A DNA stretch of 64,000 bases, from NCBI GenBank assembly GCA_015491935.1, contig WGGB01000001.1, positions 5,214-69,213 on the forward strand, in the 5' to 3' direction. The notes under the pieces were generated by a model. That model was not told the origin of the DNA, made no database searches, and saw only the letters and a program-made list of their open reading frames with translations. Below are positions 28,976 to 39,821 of this stretch, one piece after another. A program made the translations under genes and the position numbers. Positions within the stretch are counted from its first letter, which is position 1; the number at the start of each line of letters is the position of its first letter. Source of the stretch: Alteromonadaceae bacterium (GTDB lineage: Bacteria; Pseudomonadota; Gammaproteobacteria; Enterobacterales; Alteromonadaceae).

Positions 28976-29595
28976 TAGACATTTACTTCTTCTGTTGTAT
29001 TGGTTTTAACGTTATTGCTTTGTTTATTTGAATAATCATCTGCGTCGATAGTTTTTACGTTAATGCGGTTTAGATCCCATTGCCAATTATGAGTTGTTTG
29101 CGCGATAGGGATCATTTTTATGCAATCTACAGGGCAGGGTGCTACACATAAGTCACAACCCGTACATTCATCAGCAATAATGGTATGCATTTGTTTTGCG
29201 GCGCCAATAATGGCATCTACAGGGCAGGCTTGAATACATTTAGTACAGCCTATGCAATCTTCTTCAATAATAAAAGCAACTTTAGGAGTATTGTCTTGGG
29301 CATGGCTTTCATCTAATGGTTGTACATCGACCCCCATTAAGTTAGCAATTTTTTTTATGGTATCTTCACCACCAGGCGCGCATTTATTAATGGCTTCGCC
29401 ATTAGCGATTGCTTGAGCATAAGGTTTACACCCTGGATATCCGCATTGTCCGCATTGCGTTTGAGGTAATAAAGCATCTAGTTGTTCTACTAAAGGATCA
29501 CCTTCAACTTTAAATTTTACCGCTGCATAGCCAAGTAATGCACCAAAGAATAAACACATACCACCTAAAACGAGTATAGCTATTAAAATGCTCAT
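28975..29595 (-). CDS. rnfB: Rnf complex subunit B (Fe-S)
   Basis: 206 aa. N-terminal anchor, [13 protein letters not shown] cluster, two 4Fe-4S motifs ([24 protein letters not shown]). TAATG 1-nt overlap with rnfC. Confidence 0.93.
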   Translation of the reverse strand: MSILIAILVLGGMCLFFGALLGYAAVKFKVEGDPLVEQLDALLPQTQCGQCGYPGCKPYAQAIANGEAINKCAPGGEDTIKKIANLMGVDVQPLDESHAQDNTPKVAFIIEEDCIGCTKCIQACPVDAIIGAAKQMHTIIADECTGCDLCVAPCPVDCIKMIPIAQTTHNWQWDLNRINVKTIDADDYSNKQSNNVKTNTTEEVNV

Positions 29596-30176
29596 TGCAG
29601 TTTTATTAATCCAGTAAAGCCCATAAAGGCAAGAGACATTAATCCAGCAGTGATCAACGCGATAGCTGGTCCTTTAAAGGGCATTGGCACATCAGCACTT
29701 GCCAATTTTTCACGCATAGCAGAAAACATGATTAAAACGAGTGAAAATCCTAAAGCAGCACCAAAACCATAAATAATGGATTCAAAAAAGTTATGTTGTT
29801 GATAAATATTTAGTAGTGCAACACCTAATACGGCACAATTGGTTGTAATTAGGGGCAGAAATATGCCCAAGGTACGATATAAGTTTGCGCTAGTTTTATG
29901 AACAACCATCTCGGTAAATTGCACAACAACAGCAATGACTAAAATAAAAGCCATGGTCATTAAATAGTCTAAACCAAGAGGGGCTAAAATATAATTATTA
30001 ACTAAGTAGCTAAGTAGCGAGGCTATTGTCATAACAAAAGTAGTCGCAAATGACATACCTATTGCTGTTTCTGTACGAGAAGAAACCCCCATAAATGGGC
30101 ACAAACCAAGAAACTTAACTAAAACAAAGTTATTTACTAACACTGTGCCGACAAGCAGCAGTAGATAATCAACCAT
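29592..30176 (-). CDS. rnfA: Rnf complex subunit A
   Basis: 194 aa. [19 protein letters not shown] signature. First gene of the operon, with a 4-nt overlap with rnfB. Confidence 0.93.
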   Translation of the reverse strand: MVDYLLLLVGTVLVNNFVLVKFLGLCPFMGVSSRTETAIGMSFATTFVMTIASLLSYLVNNYILAPLGLDYLMTMAFILVIAVVVQFTEMVVHKTSANLYRTLGIFLPLITTNCAVLGVALLNIYQQHNFFESIIYGFGAALGFSLVLIMFSAMREKLASADVPMPFKGPAIALITAGLMSLAFMGFTGLIKLQ

Positions 30177-30323
30177 TTATAAAATCGTTAGTTTATTAAA
30201 ATTGTTACTATTATCTGACTTTATTAAACAGATAACAACACATCAGTAGTAAGGTTATTTAACTTTTATCTCAAATAACGTGTATTTTAATAGACAAATA
30301 AAACATAACAAGAGAGTTAGCAA

Positions 30324-32258
30324 CTAAAGCGACATTGGTTTATCTATATAGTAACCCTGACAGCCATCAATAAATAATTTTTCTAAGGTATGCTTTTCTT
30401 CTAATGTTTCAACACTTTCCGCTAATACATTAATACTTAAACGGTGAGCTAAATCCACCATCAAACGAATAAAATATTGATTGTTTTTATCCTCATCAAT
30501 GTCACGAGTATAAGTGCTATCCATTTTGATAAAATCAGGCTTTAAATCTTTAAAAAACTTAAATGAGGTTAAACTAATACCAAAACGTTCTACCGTAATA
30601 CGAGCGCCAGAACGGTGTAATAAATCAATAAAACGTTTACTATTTCTAATGTTTTGCTGTAAACCATATTCAGTTATTTCAAAAACTAAGCGTGAAGCAA
30701 CTTGATGTTCTTTTAATAGTCTACGTTCAAGCCAAATTAAAAAATGTTCATCACTAATAGAGCGAGAGCTAATATTTAAGCCAAAACTTTTATCAAGCAA
30801 ATTTTTATTTTTAATTTCTTCAATAGCTTTTTCAATAATCAAACGATCAATATCAACAATTTTATCTAATTTTTCAGCCATAGCGATAAAGGATACCGTG
30901 GGTAGCATTTCGTCATTTGAGTTAATAAAGCGCGCCAATATTTCACCATAAACCTTAGAATTTCGAGAATTGGGTTGAATAGGCTGAACTAATAATGAAA
31001 CCCTTTTTTGTTCAATAACATGCTCTATTTCTTGACGCCAATTTTTATTTCCATAAGTGGCACTAGGATCTTTTAAAATATTTGCGTCTTTTTGTGCAAA
31101 CCAAGAATTAATATTTTGAGTTTGCGCAATACTAATGGCAGTATCGACTAAAGCGAGTAATTCCCCTAAAGGCGATTGCCAATTAAAGGCAATGAGTCCC
31201 GTATAGGCTATAGAGTCTAAATCGGAAGCTTGTTTGTATTCATTAAATTTATCCGTTAATATTTTTGCGTATTTTTCACCATCGGGTAATTGCCGATTAG
31301 GTAATATAGTGGCAAAATCACAACTATTCATTCTAAATATTTGCCCGCCTGTAAATTGCATAACGGCTGACTGCATTATTTTAGCAACTTTACTTATATA
31401 GCGATCACCTTCATTAAAACCTCTGATCTTATTAATAGATTGCAACTCAGAACAACGCGTTATAATTAATACACCAAATTTAGCATCACCATCTTTAGTA
31501 ACATTATTCTCAAAATATTGAACAAATTTATTACGATTATTTAAACCCGTAATAGTATCGGTGAAGGCTTTTTCTTCTAAAATAAGAGAGCTTTTTTGCT
31601 GTGATTCGATTAGTGATTTTATTTCACTAATACCTTCTTTTAAATAGTCAAAAGTACTATCAGAATAGATTTTTTTGTTTTTAAGAATTTGTGAAAATTG
31701 TTTTTTTATCTGCTCGCCGATCCCTTTATATAATTTTTGATAACGTTTATTACCTAATGTAGTGACAATAAAGCAAAATATAACCATTGCTAAAGCAAAT
31801 ATTAATAATAATTGTTGAAATAAATTAAGATCTTTATTAAAAGATAATTGAAAATGAATACGCACGTTTTGTTTTTTTAATATTAAATTAACAGGTTTAG
31901 GTACCATAAAATCAAAATACGGATATTGATTTTTATTTTGTTGTGAAAATAGTTTTTTACCTGAAATAATAGAAATGTCTACTACATTGAACGTAAATAA
32001 GTTATTCAACGTTTGTGCAAGTTGCTTTGCCGTAGTTTCTGTATTATTAATAACATTTGTTTTTAAATTATTATCAATGTTAGAGGTATCAATTGTAATT
32101 AAAGTTTGTTCAGCAAGATAACGTATAGATTTTTTTCCAAAGGCTTGTTGTTGGTTTATGTTTTCCATAAAAAGTAAGGTAAATACCACCGCTATACTGA
32201 TATAAAATAACAAACTCAAGCCGAGATTTCTTAGTAGTAACTGTGAATATGAATACAT
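30324..32258 (-). CDS. Two-TM membrane protein with degenerate GGDEF and EAL domains (LapD/CsrD-like architecture)
   Basis: 644 aa: TM1, a ~130-aa periplasmic segment, TM2, a GGDEF-like domain (DTITGLNNRNKF present, but the GG(D/E)EF site reads NSCDF), and an EAL-like domain (EIL, LNISS, FEITE, ERFG in place of DDFG, IKMD, AESVET, QGYY). Confidence 0.8.
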   Translation of the reverse strand: MYSYSQLLLRNLGLSLLFYISIAVVFTLLFMENINQQQAFGKKSIRYLAEQTLITIDTSNIDNNLKTNVINNTETTAKQLAQTLNNLFTFNVVDISIISGKKLFSQQNKNQYPYFDFMVPKPVNLILKKQNVRIHFQLSFNKDLNLFQQLLLIFALAMVIFCFIVTTLGNKRYQKLYKGIGEQIKKQFSQILKNKKIYSDSTFDYLKEGISEIKSLIESQQKSSLILEEKAFTDTITGLNNRNKFVQYFENNVTKDGDAKFGVLIITRCSELQSINKIRGFNEGDRYISKVAKIMQSAVMQFTGGQIFRMNSCDFATILPNRQLPDGEKYAKILTDKFNEYKQASDLDSIAYTGLIAFNWQSPLGELLALVDTAISIAQTQNINSWFAQKDANILKDPSATYGNKNWRQEIEHVIEQKRVSLLVQPIQPNSRNSKVYGEILARFINSNDEMLPTVSFIAMAEKLDKIVDIDRLIIEKAIEEIKNKNLLDKSFGLNISSRSISDEHFLIWLERRLLKEHQVASRLVFEITEYGLQQNIRNSKRFIDLLHRSGARITVERFGISLTSFKFFKDLKPDFIKMDSTYTRDIDEDKNNQYFIRLMVDLAHRLSINVLAESVETLEEKHTLEKLFIDGCQGYYIDKPMSL

Positions 32259-32673
32259 AACTTAGTAGCAACCTCAATTGAACTGTTGTTTTTATTTATA
32301 GTAGGCGGTTTATTTTATTTATATATGCGATTTAATGACATACTAATCATAAGTATATCATAAAATTGATTATGTGCGAATTTTAGTCAGCAGAGTGTTT
32401 GTTTAAACGCTTGGTTATACAACTTTCTATTTATTCTAGGGAATATTTTGCGCGATTATATTTATCTTAATTGAACTATATGCCATCTTTAGACGGTATA
32501 GTTCAGTTTCATCAGATATTTGAATTAACCTATGGTGTTTATCAAGTTTGTCGCGTATCGTTTGGTTCTAGCCCTCCATTGTAGGAAATAATATAACTAT
32601 ATGCATATCAGCAAGAAAATCATATATTCATACAATAAAAAATTTCTTTATAATATTTGAAAAAAGGATAAAT

Positions 32674-33285
32674 ATGAGTGAATTAGATGTATTATTGCAA
32701 GATATTCGTCAATGTACAATTTGCAAAGGTTTAATTCCTGATCCTATCAGACCTATTTTACAAGTTGATGTAAAAGCAAAAATTTTAATAGTAGGTCAAG
32801 CACCAGGAAGAAAAGTACATGATACTGGTATTGTTTTCAATGATGCTAGCGGAAAACGTCTACGAGAATGGATGGGTATAACAAAAGAAACTTTTTACGA
32901 TAAAGAGAAAGTTGCTATTTTACCAATGGGGTTTTGTTATCCTGGAACGGGAAAATATGGTGATTTTCCACCACGAAAAGAATGTGCTATTGCATATCGT
33001 TCGCAACTTTTAAAACTTTTAGAAAATGTTGAGCTTACTTTAGTCATAGGTAAATATGCACAAGCATATCATATGAATGAAAAAGGAGTCTCGCTTACGA
33101 CATTAGTAGAAAATTGGAAAAATTATTTACCTAATCTTTTACCTCTTCCGCATCCTAGTCCACGTAATAATATATGGCTTAAAAAGAATCCTTGGTTTGT
33201 AACTAATGTAGTACCCGCTCTTAAAACTAGAGTCAGTCAAATTTTGCATATCAAAGAGAATAAAATGAGTAACATACTTAAATAA
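32674..33285 (+). CDS. Uracil-DNA glycosylase superfamily protein
   Basis: 203 aa. IVGQAPG motif A-like, and HPSPRN motif B-like near the C-terminus. Confidence 0.7.
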   Translation: MSELDVLLQDIRQCTICKGLIPDPIRPILQVDVKAKILIVGQAPGRKVHDTGIVFNDASGKRLREWMGITKETFYDKEKVAILPMGFCYPGTGKYGDFPPRKECAIAYRSQLLKLLENVELTLVIGKYAQAYHMNEKGVSLTTLVENWKNYLPNLLPLPHPSPRNNIWLKKNPWFVTNVVPALKTRVSQILHIKENKMSNILK

Positions 33286-33569
33286 ACTCAGAGCATAGTC
33301 GTATTTAAACAAGGACTTGTCATCAATGATTTATTGATAAACGCTGACTAATCAAAGCTTACCGATGGTATGGCCTAAAGAGTATAATTCAAAAAGGCTG
33401 AAGTTTACGATAAATCGGCAGGTACAGATACAATAGAACTCCGTTTAAATGTCAGTTCGTAGAACTAAATGCAGAGTAAGCGTTAAATCCGCTAACCGTG
33501 TATGCATATGGGGAAAACGTACATAAAGAATACTAATATGATCAAAAAAAATATCGAGGTATTTACTTA

Positions 33570-34532
33570 ATGGCGCAATTATTAAAAAAAGAATTATTAG
33601 AAAAATATGCATTAGGTATTGATGGCGGTGCTAGCAAAACATTAGCACGCTTAGTTAATATACAAACGGGGCAGCATTGGCACGCACAAGGTGGACCATC
33701 CTCATTAACCAATGATTTTAATGGCGCTTTATCTACTATTACTCACTTATGTCGGCAAGTTATTCATCAAGCACAAATAGAAGAAAAGTCCCAAGTTAAT
33801 GAAGACAATAATTCAAATAATAACCACTGTAATGTTCATCATATTTCAGCCGTATTTGGCTTGGCTGGCGCAGAAAATAAAGAAAGAGTACAACAGTTAA
33901 AAGAAGCACTTGCCATGCCTTTTGTAAAATTAATCATTTGCAGTGATGCAAAAATATCAGCTTATGGTGCTAATAATGGTGAAGCGGTTGCCGTCGTTGC
34001 TTTAGGCACTGGCTCTGTTGGTTTTCGTTTAGATGATAATGGGGATAGTTATTTAGTTGGTGGTTGGGGATTTACTGTGGGAGATGAAGGCAGTGGTGCT
34101 AAATTAGGGCTAGCTGCAGTGCAAGCAACCATTAATGAATTAGAAAATAAAGGAACCATTAACAGTAAACTAACCGCACAAATTAGTGATGTTATCGGTA
34201 AAGAACGCCTTGATAGGTTAACTTGGTTAAGTACCGCTAAACCTTATGATTTTGCAAAATTTGCCCCATTGATTTTTTCTTTAGCATCCACTTGCCCTGT
34301 AGCGAACACCTTGTTAAAACAGCATTTAGCGGCAGTTGAACAACTTATACAATTAACACTGGCAAAGACTCATTTACCGTTAGTGTTACTCGGTGGATTG
34401 GCTAAAGCAACACAACCTTACCTCGCAACTAAATATCAACAACACTTGATAACCGCAGAAGGTAATGCGTTAGATGGAGCTTGTTTTTTAGCGCAACAGT
34501 TTTTCGCTTTAGAGCCGATAAAAAAAGAGTAA
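33570..34532 (+). CDS. BadF/BadG/BcrA/BcrD-type sugar kinase (GlcNAc/MurNAc kinase-like)
   Basis: 320 aa. ALGIDGGASKT phosphate-1 motif, GTGSVG, GGWGFTVGDEGSGA. Immediately upstream of murQ. Confidence 0.75.
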   Translation: MAQLLKKELLEKYALGIDGGASKTLARLVNIQTGQHWHAQGGPSSLTNDFNGALSTITHLCRQVIHQAQIEEKSQVNEDNNSNNNHCNVHHISAVFGLAGAENKERVQQLKEALAMPFVKLIICSDAKISAYGANNGEAVAVVALGTGSVGFRLDDNGDSYLVGGWGFTVGDEGSGAKLGLAAVQATINELENKGTINSKLTAQISDVIGKERLDRLTWLSTAKPYDFAKFAPLIFSLASTCPVANTLLKQHLAAVEQLIQLTLAKTHLPLVLLGGLAKATQPYLATKYQQHLITAEGNALDGACFLAQQFFALEPIKKE

Positions 34533-34541
34533 AGTAAACTT

Positions 34542-35462
34542 ATGTCATTAAAAAAACAAAATAAACTCGTGGAAGAGCTAAAAAATATTGCTACCGAGGC
34601 ACAAAATCAAAATACATTAGATATTGATTTGTTAGATAGTTTATCGGTAGTAAAAAAAATTAATAATGAGGATAAAAAAGTGGCTTTAGCGGTGGAAAAA
34701 ATACTACCGCAAGTCGCACAAGCCGTCGATAAAATTGTCGCTGCATTTGCTGTTGGTGGGCGGTTAATTTATATCGGTGCAGGTACTAGTGGTCGTTTAG
34801 GAATATTAGATGCTGTTGAATGCCCACCAACTTTTAGTGTGAGTGATAAACAAGTAGTAGGCATTATTGCTGGTGGCGATAACGCTATTTATAAAGCGGT
34901 TGAGGGGGCTGAAGACAATGCCCAAGGAGCCATTGACGATTTAGAAAAAATAAATTTTAATCATAATGATATTTTAGTTGGTATTGCTGCAAGTGGGCGT
35001 ACACCTTATGTTATTTCGGCGATGCAATATGGTAAAAATTTAGGTGCTACAGTCGTTGGTGTGTCTTGTTCACCTAAACAAGTGGTTAGTGATATTGCTG
35101 ATATTAATTTATGTGCAGTAGTGGGACCTGAAGCATTAACTGGTTCAACAAGAATGAAATCAGGAACCGCACAAAAGCTCATTTTAAATATGTTAAGTAC
35201 CGCTAGTATGATCCGTAGCGGCAAAAGTTATCGCAATTTAATGGTTGATGTAAATTCTAGTAATGAAAAACTTTATGCTCGAGCTATACGCATTGTAATA
35301 CAAGCAACTCATTGTGATTATCAAGAAGCCAAAAATGCCTTAGCGCAGGCAGAAAATAACGCCAAATTAGCTATTTTATTAATATTAACAGGGGTTGATG
35401 CTAAGCAAGGTAAAATTATGCTAGCTCAAAGTCATGGTTTTTTACGTAAAGCGGTAGAATAA
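34542..35462 (+). CDS. murQ: N-acetylmuramic acid 6-phosphate etherase
   Basis: 306 aa SIS domain. [49 protein letters not shown]. Confidence 0.92.
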   Translation: MSLKKQNKLVEELKNIATEAQNQNTLDIDLLDSLSVVKKINNEDKKVALAVEKILPQVAQAVDKIVAAFAVGGRLIYIGAGTSGRLGILDAVECPPTFSVSDKQVVGIIAGGDNAIYKAVEGAEDNAQGAIDDLEKINFNHNDILVGIAASGRTPYVISAMQYGKNLGATVVGVSCSPKQVVSDIADINLCAVVGPEALTGSTRMKSGTAQKLILNMLSTASMIRSGKSYRNLMVDVNSSNEKLYARAIRIVIQATHCDYQEAKNALAQAENNAKLAILLILTGVDAKQGKIMLAQSHGFLRKAVE

Positions 35463-35706
35463 TTTTTTGTGCTGAAGTTGAGTTGATATTGGTCAATTTA
35501 TTTTAAGCTTAGTTTGTAGCACCTTTAGAGGTTATACCATTCCGTATAAGTAAATGATTAATGATTGCGCAGAAAAAATTAGCAAGAGCAAGACGCTTGA
35601 TTGAGTAATAGCTGGCTATTGCGATTGAAAGCAACACAGCGATTGTTAATTTTAACCAGCAAGGGTGAGCAAATATTTATGCGGATTGGTATTATTTAGG
35701 AACATC

Positions 35707-36906
35707 ATGATTAAATGGTTTCAATGTCTATGTTTCTTCAGTTTATGTGTAATGAAGGTCGTTTATGCAGATACTACGGCTTCTTTTTCAATAAATAACA
35801 GTATTATCGTTGGCGCAGAACAGAGCGAGTTATATTTACCTTTACTTAAAGGGAAACGTGTTGGTTTGGTGGTCAATCAAACCTCTAGATTGCGTAATAA
35901 ACAAGGGCAATACGTTCATTTAGTTGATCATTTAAAAGCGAACAATGTCAATGTTAAAACCATTTTTGCTTTAGAGCATGGTTTTCGCGGTGATCATGAT
36001 GCTGGCGCTAAAATAGCTAATAATTTTGATGCGAAAACAGGTGTAAAAATAGTTTCTATTTATGGAAAAATGAAACAACCACCACCAGATGTGCTTGCTC
36101 AACTAGACGTTATTATTTTTGATATTCAAGATGTTGGCGTACGCTATTACACTTATATTAGCTCTATGCACTACGTTATGGCTGCGGCAGCAGATGCAAA
36201 AGTTGAATTTATCATACTTGATCGTCCTAATCCTATTATAAGGCTGGTTGATGGTCCTATGCTCGAACCTAAATTTCGTTCTTTTATTGGAGTCGATAAA
36301 ATTCCATTATTATATGGTATGACAGTCGGTGAATTGGCAAAAATGATATTAGGCGAGCACTGGTTACTCACACCCCAAAAACTCAAGTTAACGGTTATTC
36401 CCGTTGCTAATTACACTCGTAACAGTCTTTATGTACTACCAATAAAACCTAGCCCTAATTTACCTAACCAATCGGCAATTTATCTTTATCCTCAACTTGG
36501 ATTTTTTGAAGCAACTACAGTGAGTGTTGGACGAGGTACGTCTTTTCCATTTCAGGTGATCGGTCATGATAAAGTAAAACTTGGAGACTTTAGTTTTACG
36601 CCAAAAAGCACTAAAGGAGCAGCATTACACCCTAAATTAATGAATAAAGAACTTTATGGTAAAGACTTACGTGGTGTTAAACACCCTTATTTTGATTTAA
36701 CAATGTTTGTCACTGTTTACCACCAATTTAAGCAAGCGGGTGTTAAATTTATTAACCGTCCTAAATTTTTAGACAAATTAGCAGGGACTGACAAATTTAG
36801 AAAAGCATTACAAGCAGGCAAAAGTTTAACAACAATAAAACAAGGTTGGCAAAAAGATTTAAAGGCTTTTAAAAAACAACGACAAGCTTATTTGCTTTAT
36901 CAATAA
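35707..36906 (+). CDS. DUF1343 family protein (exo-beta-N-acetylmuramidase NamZ-like), exported
   Basis: ATG 35707 gives a signal peptide (MIKWFQCLCFFSLCVMKVVYA/DT); the track start GTG 35665 is less likely. RVGLVVNQTS and FDIQDVGVRYYTYIS are typical of DUF1343. Confidence 0.75.
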   Translation: MIKWFQCLCFFSLCVMKVVYADTTASFSINNSIIVGAEQSELYLPLLKGKRVGLVVNQTSRLRNKQGQYVHLVDHLKANNVNVKTIFALEHGFRGDHDAGAKIANNFDAKTGVKIVSIYGKMKQPPPDVLAQLDVIIFDIQDVGVRYYTYISSMHYVMAAAADAKVEFIILDRPNPIIRLVDGPMLEPKFRSFIGVDKIPLLYGMTVGELAKMILGEHWLLTPQKLKLTVIPVANYTRNSLYVLPIKPSPNLPNQSAIYLYPQLGFFEATTVSVGRGTSFPFQVIGHDKVKLGDFSFTPKSTKGAALHPKLMNKELYGKDLRGVKHPYFDLTMFVTVYHQFKQAGVKFINRPKFLDKLAGTDKFRKALQAGKSLTTIKQGWQKDLKAFKKQRQAYLLYQ

Positions 36907-37184
36907 TAAGGTTGAGAGCTGTTATTTTTAGGAAGATTATAATGACTCGTAAATTAGTCATACATTTTGTTCTTTTATTAATCAATTGATCGTTTTAGCT
37001 CATTTAAGCGTTGTATTTAATGAAAATCGGCTATACTCTTAAACAAATAATTAACAAGTAAGAAAGCTTTCGTATTTATTTTCGGTTTTTTATTTGTTTT
37101 ATGTCGCATAAACAATAGTGGTTATAATATTGTTTATGGATAATGTTAATTTAATTACTGAAGTTTAGTAAAAGGTAGCATACG

Positions 37185-37829
37185 TTGATAAATATTTTAT
37201 TAGTAGATGATCATGAATTGGTTCGCACAGGCATTCATAAAATTCTTAATGATGTTAAGGGTTTTAAAGTAGTAGGTGAAGCACAAACGGGCGAAGAAGC
37301 GGTACAATATTGTCGTAAATCTGAGCCAGATGTAGTACTAATGGATATGAATATGCCGGGCATCGGTGGGCTGGAAGCTACAAAAAAGATTTTACGCTAC
37401 GCGCCAGATGTAAAGATTATAGTACTTACCGTACATAGCGAAGATCCTTTTCCAACTAAAGTCATGCAAATTGGTGCGTCGGGTTATTTAACCAAAGGTG
37501 CGGGACCAGATGAAATGATCAATGCTATTCGTGCCGTACATAGTGGTCAGCGTTACATTACCCCAGATATTGCTCAGCAAATGGCACTTAATCAATTTAA
37601 ATCAGTAGAAGAAAACCCATTTAATAGTTTAAGTGAACGAGAGTTGCAAATTATGCTGATGATCACGCGAGGCGAAAAAGTTACTGATATTTCGAAACAG
37701 CTCATTCTCAGTACCAAAACCATTAATAGTTATCGCTATCGTATGTTTGAAAAGCTTAATGTGGGTAATGATGTAGAATTAACCCATCTTGCGATTAGAT
37801 ACGGTATGTTAAATACTGAAAAAATGTAA
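37185..37829 (+). CDS. uvrY: Response regulator UvrY/GacA/SirA (NarL family)
   Basis: 214 aa with an apparent TTG start. ILLVDDHELVR, DVVLMDMNMPG (phospho-Asp), LuxR HTH (LSERELQIMLMITRGEKVTDISKQL). Directly upstream of uvrC as in E. coli. Confidence 0.92.
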   Translation: MINILLVDDHELVRTGIHKILNDVKGFKVVGEAQTGEEAVQYCRKSEPDVVLMDMNMPGIGGLEATKKILRYAPDVKIIVLTVHSEDPFPTKVMQIGASGYLTKGAGPDEMINAIRAVHSGQRYITPDIAQQMALNQFKSVEENPFNSLSERELQIMLMITRGEKVTDISKQLILSTKTINSYRYRMFEKLNVGNDVELTHLAIRYGMLNTEKM

Positions 37830-37842
37830 TGCTATTGCTGGA

Positions 37843-39768
37843 TTGCTATTGTCTTCTTCATCATCTCTAACAGTTACCTCAAATAAATTATTAACTAATG
37901 AATCGGCAACTAACTTAGCTGATGATTCATTACCGTTGTTTGATCACCAATCATTTTTAGCGGCAGTCAGTGAAAGTGCGGGTGTTTATCGTATGTATAA
38001 TAACGAACAAGTTATTATTTATGTCGGTAAAGCCAAAAACTTAAAAAAGCGCCTAGCAAGCTATTTCCGTAAAGATGTCGGGAGTATTAAAACCAAAGCT
38101 TTGGTAAAACAAATTACCGCCATTGAAGTGACGGTAACCCATACTGAAGCCGAAGCGTTAATTCTTGAAAATAATTACATTAAGAAATACCAACCCAAAT
38201 ATAATATTTTGTTGCGTGACGACAAATCCTATCCTTATCTGCTAATTACCGATCATAAACATCCAAAACTAGGGCTACATCGTGGCGGTAAACGCATAAA
38301 AGGAGATTATTTTGGTCCTTATCCCAGTGTTGGTGCTGTATGGGAAAGTTTGCGCTTAATGCAAAAAATATTTCCTCTTCGACAATGTGAAGACAGTTAT
38401 TATCGTGCTCGTTCTCGTCCTTGTTTACAATATCAGTTAGGGCGCTGCTCTGCGCCGTGTGTCGATAAAATATCTCAAGAGGATTATCAACAACAAGTAA
38501 AGTTGGCGAAATTGTTTTTAAAAGGTAAAAGCTCACAAGTTATTGAACAGCTTGTCGGTAAAATGGAACAGGCGAGCCAAACGTTAAATTTTGAACAGGC
38601 AGCTAAATATCGAGATCAAATAACCACGTTACGCAAAGTACAACAGCAGCAACACGTTAGTGGACTAGCGTCTGAGCTTGATGTCGTGGGTCTTTATCGA
38701 ATGAAATCACAAGTGGCCGTGTGTTTATTATTTATTCGTGATCATAAAATATTAGGTAGTAAAAATTATTTTCCTGCGGTGCCTGTAGAAAGTAGTGACA
38801 GTGAAGTGATAGGTGCATTTATTACTCAACACTACTTGGGTGATAGTATTCATCAAAGTAACACACCAAAAGAAATCGTCGTCTCTCATACTATTGCGCT
38901 ACAAGCCGACATTGAAAGCTTGCTAACCAAACAAGCGGGCTTTGAAGTAAAAATATCGAGAAAGGTAAAAACTGAACGTTCAAAATACTTACAATTAGCG
39001 CAAACCAATGCGCAAAGTGCCTTAGTTAGTCGTAATAGTCATAAAGAGTCTATGTTAGCGCGTTTTACAGCCTTGAATGAGCTATTTGAATTAACCAACG
39101 GTATTCACCGTATTGAATGTTTCGATATTAGTCATACCATGGGGCAGCAAACGGTGGCCTCTAATGTGGTATTTAATCAAGAAGGGCCACTAAAAACAGA
39201 TTATCGACGTTATAATGTTTATGGCATAACGCCTGGAGATGATTATGCCGCAATGGATTTTGCCCTTAATAAACGCTACGGCAAAATAACTGCAGATGCC
39301 GTTATGCCAGATATTGTTTTTATTGATGGTGGCAAAGGGCAATTAGGGCGCGCAGAAGCATTTTTTGCGCAGCTTGAACAAGAAAAACAAAATATAAAAG
39401 TACCTTTATTAATTGGTGTAGCCAAAGGTGAAGGGCGCAAGGCTGGTTTAGAAACTTTAATTGTTGCTGGTAGCCATCAACTCATTAATTTACCTAATAG
39501 TTCACCAGCATTGCATTTAGTGCAACATATTCGTGATGAATCACATCGCTTTGCCATTACAGGGCATCGTGCCAAACGCCAAAAACACAGTAAAAAATCT
39601 ACTTTAGAAGATATACCTGGTATTGGCGCTAAAAAACGCCAAGCCTTATTAAAATTTTTAGGCGGCTTACAAGAAGTAAAACAAGCGGATATTGCGTCAT
39701 TAGCGCAAGTACCAGGAATAAGTCATGGGTTAGCGAAAATAATTTATGAGGCATTGCATGACAAGTGA
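37843..39768 (+). CDS. uvrC: Excinuclease ABC subunit C
   Basis: GIY-YIG (GVYRMYNNEQVIIYVGKAKNLKKRL), UVR domain, Endo V-like domain and C-terminal (HhH)2. The frame opens at 37813 and the first in-frame ATG lies inside the GIY-YIG motif, so a non-ATG start (TTG 37843/37849 or later) is required. The exact start is uncertain. Confidence 0.9.
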   Translation: MLLSSSSSLTVTSNKLLTNESATNLADDSLPLFDHQSFLAAVSESAGVYRMYNNEQVIIYVGKAKNLKKRLASYFRKDVGSIKTKALVKQITAIEVTVTHTEAEALILENNYIKKYQPKYNILLRDDKSYPYLLITDHKHPKLGLHRGGKRIKGDYFGPYPSVGAVWESLRLMQKIFPLRQCEDSYYRARSRPCLQYQLGRCSAPCVDKISQEDYQQQVKLAKLFLKGKSSQVIEQLVGKMEQASQTLNFEQAAKYRDQITTLRKVQQQQHVSGLASELDVVGLYRMKSQVAVCLLFIRDHKILGSKNYFPAVPVESSDSEVIGAFITQHYLGDSIHQSNTPKEIVVSHTIALQADIESLLTKQAGFEVKISRKVKTERSKYLQLAQTNAQSALVSRNSHKESMLARFTALNELFELTNGIHRIECFDISHTMGQQTVASNVVFNQEGPLKTDYRRYNVYGITPGDDYAAMDFALNKRYGKITADAVMPDIVFIDGGKGQLGRAEAFFAQLEQEKQNIKVPLLIGVAKGEGRKAGLETLIVAGSHQLINLPNSSPALHLVQHIRDESHRFAITGHRAKRQKHSKKSTLEDIPGIGAKKRQALLKFLGGLQEVKQADIASLAQVPGISHGLAKIIYEALHDK

Positions 39769-39821
39769 TCCTTGTTCTGTGTAAAATGGAATAAAAATAC
39801 TTGCTGTGAAAGTAAAACTGT

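Noticed and set aside
32487-32591. 34-codon ORF (MPSLDGIVQFHQIFELTYGVYQVCRVSFGSSPPL) in the spacer upstream of the UDG-family gene.
   Set aside because: There is no ribosome-binding site and no recognisable family. It could at most be a gene fragment, and I cannot support that.
33449-33526. 25-codon highly basic ORF (MSVRRTKCRVSVKSANRVCIWGKRT) in the murQ-cluster leader.
   Set aside because: There is no Shine-Dalgarno sequence and no match to ribosomal or leader peptides that I know. It is kept only as a note inside the leader finding.
36907-37184. Looked for GacA/UvrY-box (TGTAAG-N6-CTTACA) and CsrB-like GGA-rich sRNA signatures near uvrY.
   Set aside because: There is no such palindrome and no GGA-repeat-rich noncoding stretch here or in the other intergenic regions I scanned. 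The TGTAAG words I noticed elsewhere fall inside coding regions.
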